A DNA stretch of 64,000 nt. It comes from Camelus dromedarius. Lineage: Eukaryota. The stretch's first letter is position 1; each line of letters opens with the position of its first letter. The notes below the pieces were generated by a model that saw only the letters and a program-made list of their open reading frames with translations, had not been told where the DNA came from and did no database searches. The translations under genes and the position numbers were made by a program. Where the stretch lies: positions 1,490,001-1,554,000 of the forward strand of contig NC_087438.1 of NCBI RefSeq assembly GCF_036321535.1, given 5' to 3'. Shown one piece after another: positions 60,661 to 64,000 of the stretch.

Positions 60661-62827
60661 GCGATTATTCCCATTGTTAATTGCCATTTTTCCTTCAACA
60701 TATAAATAATTCACCATTTTCCAATAAACTAACGATGGGGACCCTGCCGTTCCCCCTGCACCTTTCAGCCTTTCACTCCCCTTTCTGTGCCAGAACTCAT
60801 CTTGTCCACAGCGGTCTGTCCTCTTTCAGGAGCAAAAGCTTCATGGGATTTGCTAGAGTCAGAAAAGCATGTAAGCGGAGTGCACTCCCCTGCAGGCAGG
60901 ACCAGGACAGGAGACCGGCTACTGTCCGACCACCACCCACTTAGGGGCCCCGTGTGACCCTGGACCAGTCTCCCAAAGACCGGCCGGTGGGGAGGCAACA
61001 GTAACCAAGGGTCCCCATTGCAGAGGGAGTGGTGACCTCCTCTCCGGCTGCAGGTCTCTGAGGAGTCAGCAAACACCAGGAGGAAATCCACTCTGGTGCC
61101 CAGACGTATCTGCCCATTCTGGCCTCAGAGCCTTTCCTGTCGCCAAGCCCGGTGTCCTGTCTCCACTGTCACCTTCCCAGTCCAGCCCAAGGCCACCACA
61201 TCCCACAGCCTCTGAGACCCCAGTCCTGTTACCCGCCGTCCCCACAAGGCCTGCCTGGGCCCCGGGTCGGGGTGCACAGGGTGGGGCAGGGACCCCTGAG
61301 TTCAGAGCCACACCTACGTGGTCCTGCCGGCCCCACCTGGTCTGCCCGGGCCACGCCTGCCTCGTCAGGAACACGGAAACCCCGAGTGCGTATGGCTGGG
61401 GAGGTCCCCCACTTCGTCCCCGCCTGTCTCATCCCCCCACGCGAGCGTCGCCTCCTACCAACTGCGACGAGCCGTAGACGTGTCAAGCTTTGGCCTGAAC
61501 ATTTTTCACGTTTTCAAAACTTACACATCTTTGTCTCTACTTTGTTAAAAAGCCCGAGTCCTTCCGCTTCACTTCAGGCGTGTGTGTCTGTGTGGGACGC
61601 AGACCCGGAGCTGCACCGGGAGGACCGGCCCCGGCCCAGGATGCTCTGGCCCCGGGCGGCTCCTGTTTCCAGCCAGAGGTTTTCAGGGGCTTTTCCTGGA
61701 GGCTGGGGCGTGTGGGGCCCCGGCCAGGGGAGCGCGGGGCGGGGGGCTGGGAGCGTTGAACCGAGTGTTTTGTAAATTCAGGTGGAGGGGAACCAATGGC
61801 TTTTCTCAGCCCAACTTAAAACGACTCATCTGGCTCCCCCTTGCCCAAGCCCCTTCCATTCCACGGCGGACTTCACGACAACAAAAAAGTGGCGGTGGGC
61901 CCCTTGGAGTCAGCCGTTGGACACCCATCGGAGAAGGAAGACGTGCTGATTAGGCGCCTCCTGCATCAGGTTCTCTTCCCGCTTTAGGTCAGTGCGTCTG
62001 AAGACAGTGGGAGGGGCTGGCTTCCGTCCATCCCCCTCACTCACCTTCACTCACCCTGGTGCCACCAGCACATCATGCCATGCGCTCCGTCAGCCCAGGC
62101 GCAGGCGGCTCCCCTGGCCCGAGCTCCGTACGGCGGCTGTGGTACCGTTAGGGACCGTCCCCATCCTGAGGAGCAAGCCCGCCGGAGCTGCTGGGCAGTG
62201 AGGAGACCCCACCTGGGGTACGGGGTGTGGGGCCCCTGCAGCAGAGCCCGGGGATGAGTCCAGGGGGACGCCCCGGTGGGCGGTCATCGGTGGTCTCACA
62301 GGCCAACTATATGTCCTGGATTTTCCAAAAGCAGCTGCAATGCGTTGGTGAATTAACTTGCCCTAAATAATAATACACTATCAGGGTTTAACTGACAGAA
62401 ACTGACCACTAAAGTCAGTGCCATCGGAGAACTCAGCAGGAGACCTAGAGCTTCTTCAAAGCCTGCACACCCTTCCCTATGGCACGTCCTCTGGAAGTTA
62501 AGTTTCTGAATAGAAGACATTAAATATAAGATTCCTTATGCATTATTCTATCATAAAATAATAATTGGAAGCAAGGTTTTCTGTGCACCCACATGTTCCT
62601 GGACGACCATCTGTTTTTTCTCACACTTTTAAAATAGCTGTAGTCAGCAGTCTGTGTGTGTTCCTGAAGACTCCTTCCAGCTCCGTCTCAAGGGCAAACG
62701 ACCTCAAGCCTGTCCCGAGTTTGTCAAAATTCACCCCAGTGTGCAGGTGTGTGAACCAAAGCTTAATCACAAGATCGGCATTTTTAGCAGAACTAGTGAT
62801 CCCATGTTACTAAAAAATTACTTCTGT

Positions 62828-63085
62828 AATTTTTTAGTAACAGTAACTGAAATACAGTTCATACACCGTGAAATCCACCCTTTCAAAGTGTGGAATTCAG
62901 TAGTTTTCCGTAGACTTACGGAGTTGTGCTAAACCATCGCCACTCGTTTTAGAAACCCTTATCACCCTAGAGAAACTCTGCCCCCCATTTTTTTCTTCTG
63001 CTCCTGACAACCACTAATCTAACTTCTATCTCTAATGCTGCATAGTTTTCACAGACAGCAGAAAGAATAGATCAGTATGTGGGGT
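62828..63085 (-). mobile_element. Old L1 (L1MB/MC-like) 3' end
   Basis: ctgaaatacagttcatacaccgtgaaatccaccctttcaaagtgtggaattcagtagtttt...gagttgtgc...accactaatcta. Confidence 0.85.
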
Positions 63086-63154
63086 TAGTCTCTGGGGACA
63101 CGGTGCAGAGGCAGCAGGCGAATGTGGTTCAAATACCAGATGCAACTCAGAGAG

Positions 63155-63524
63155 TGTGTGAGCCCGTGCATCACACAGCACCGTAGACCGGGATGGGGGG
63201 GCTTAAACAACAGACCCGTGTCTGCTGCCAGTTCCAGAGTCTGGACGTCCGCGCACAGGGTGCCAGCAGGGTCACTCTCTGGTGAGGGCTCCCTTCCTGG
63301 CTTGCAGATGGCCACATTCTCACTGTGTCCGCACCTGGAGGACAGAGTGGAAGAGCACTCCGCTTTCTCTATTTCCAAGAGCAGTAATCCCATGATGTGC
63401 TGCCCACCCTCTCACCCTCATCAACCCCTAATTACGTCCCAAATACCCCTTTTCCAAATACCAGACGCACTGAGGCTCAGGGCTTCAGCATATGAGTCTT
63501 GAAGGGGCACGTTCAGTCTGTGGC
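63155..63524 (-). mobile_element. MaLR solo LTR (MLT1A/B-like)
   Basis: ggcttaaacaacaga...ctggtgagggctcccttcctggcttgcagatggcc...cctaattac...gggcttcagcatatgag...ttcagtctgtggca. Confidence 0.9.
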
Positions 63525-64000
63525 AGGCGGGTGCGAGTGCTACAGGGAAATGGAGTCGGAAACCAGGCAGTGGCTGTGCCCAAGCGCAGGCTGCTCCGTG
63601 GACCATGCAATTCCCAGGGCCGCACTGGCGCAGGCGGGCAGCGCCGTCCAGCCGTGCGGTCTGCTTGAACCAACAAGAGGAAGGAAAGCCGATAGGCCGC
63701 GTGGCCACCGCGACACCGGAGAGAAAGAACACACGTAGGTGATGACGAAGCCAGGGGGCCACACCTGGCACGTGGCGCCCGCCTTCCTCACCAGGCACGT
63801 GGGCGGGCGGGGGCGCAGCTCGGGGGTGCGGCGTGCTGGGCGTGCACCAGGCCCTGGGCTCAGCGCCCACGACTCCACTACAGCAGAAGCGCACGTGGAG
63901 AGCGTGGCTCTCAACCCCGCAGTCCGACACGCTTTAGAGTCCGGGGGCGGCGCCCGTGCTTCTGACCGAGCCCTCCTGCTGCCCTGCGGCCGCACCGTCC

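Overview
Mammalian genomic DNA, very probably from a camelid: it carries two copies of the tRNA-derived SINE GGGGAGGGTATAGCTCAGTGGTAGAG...GGTTCAATCCCC, recalled as the camelid Vic-1 type. I can support no protein-coding gene; the listed ORFs are decayed L1 ORF2 pieces, microsatellite frames or GC-rich chance ORFs. The left ~30 kb is rich in nested L1 remnants, including four young L1 3' fragments that all show 5' inversion (twin priming), three with clear target-site duplications. The right ~34 kb is GC/CpG-rich, with old LTR, L2, MIR and MER relics, minisatellites and AT-rich unique islands that look like developmental enhancers. The most interesting signal is a CRE+CCAAT, CpG-rich promoter-like site at ~31.25 kb, followed by a near-consensus + strand exon (32006-32130). 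It lies where the orientation of L1 and LTR insertions flips from + (left) to - (right), which suggests a possibly unannotated divergent transcription unit. All repeat names are by eye and from memory, not from a database search.
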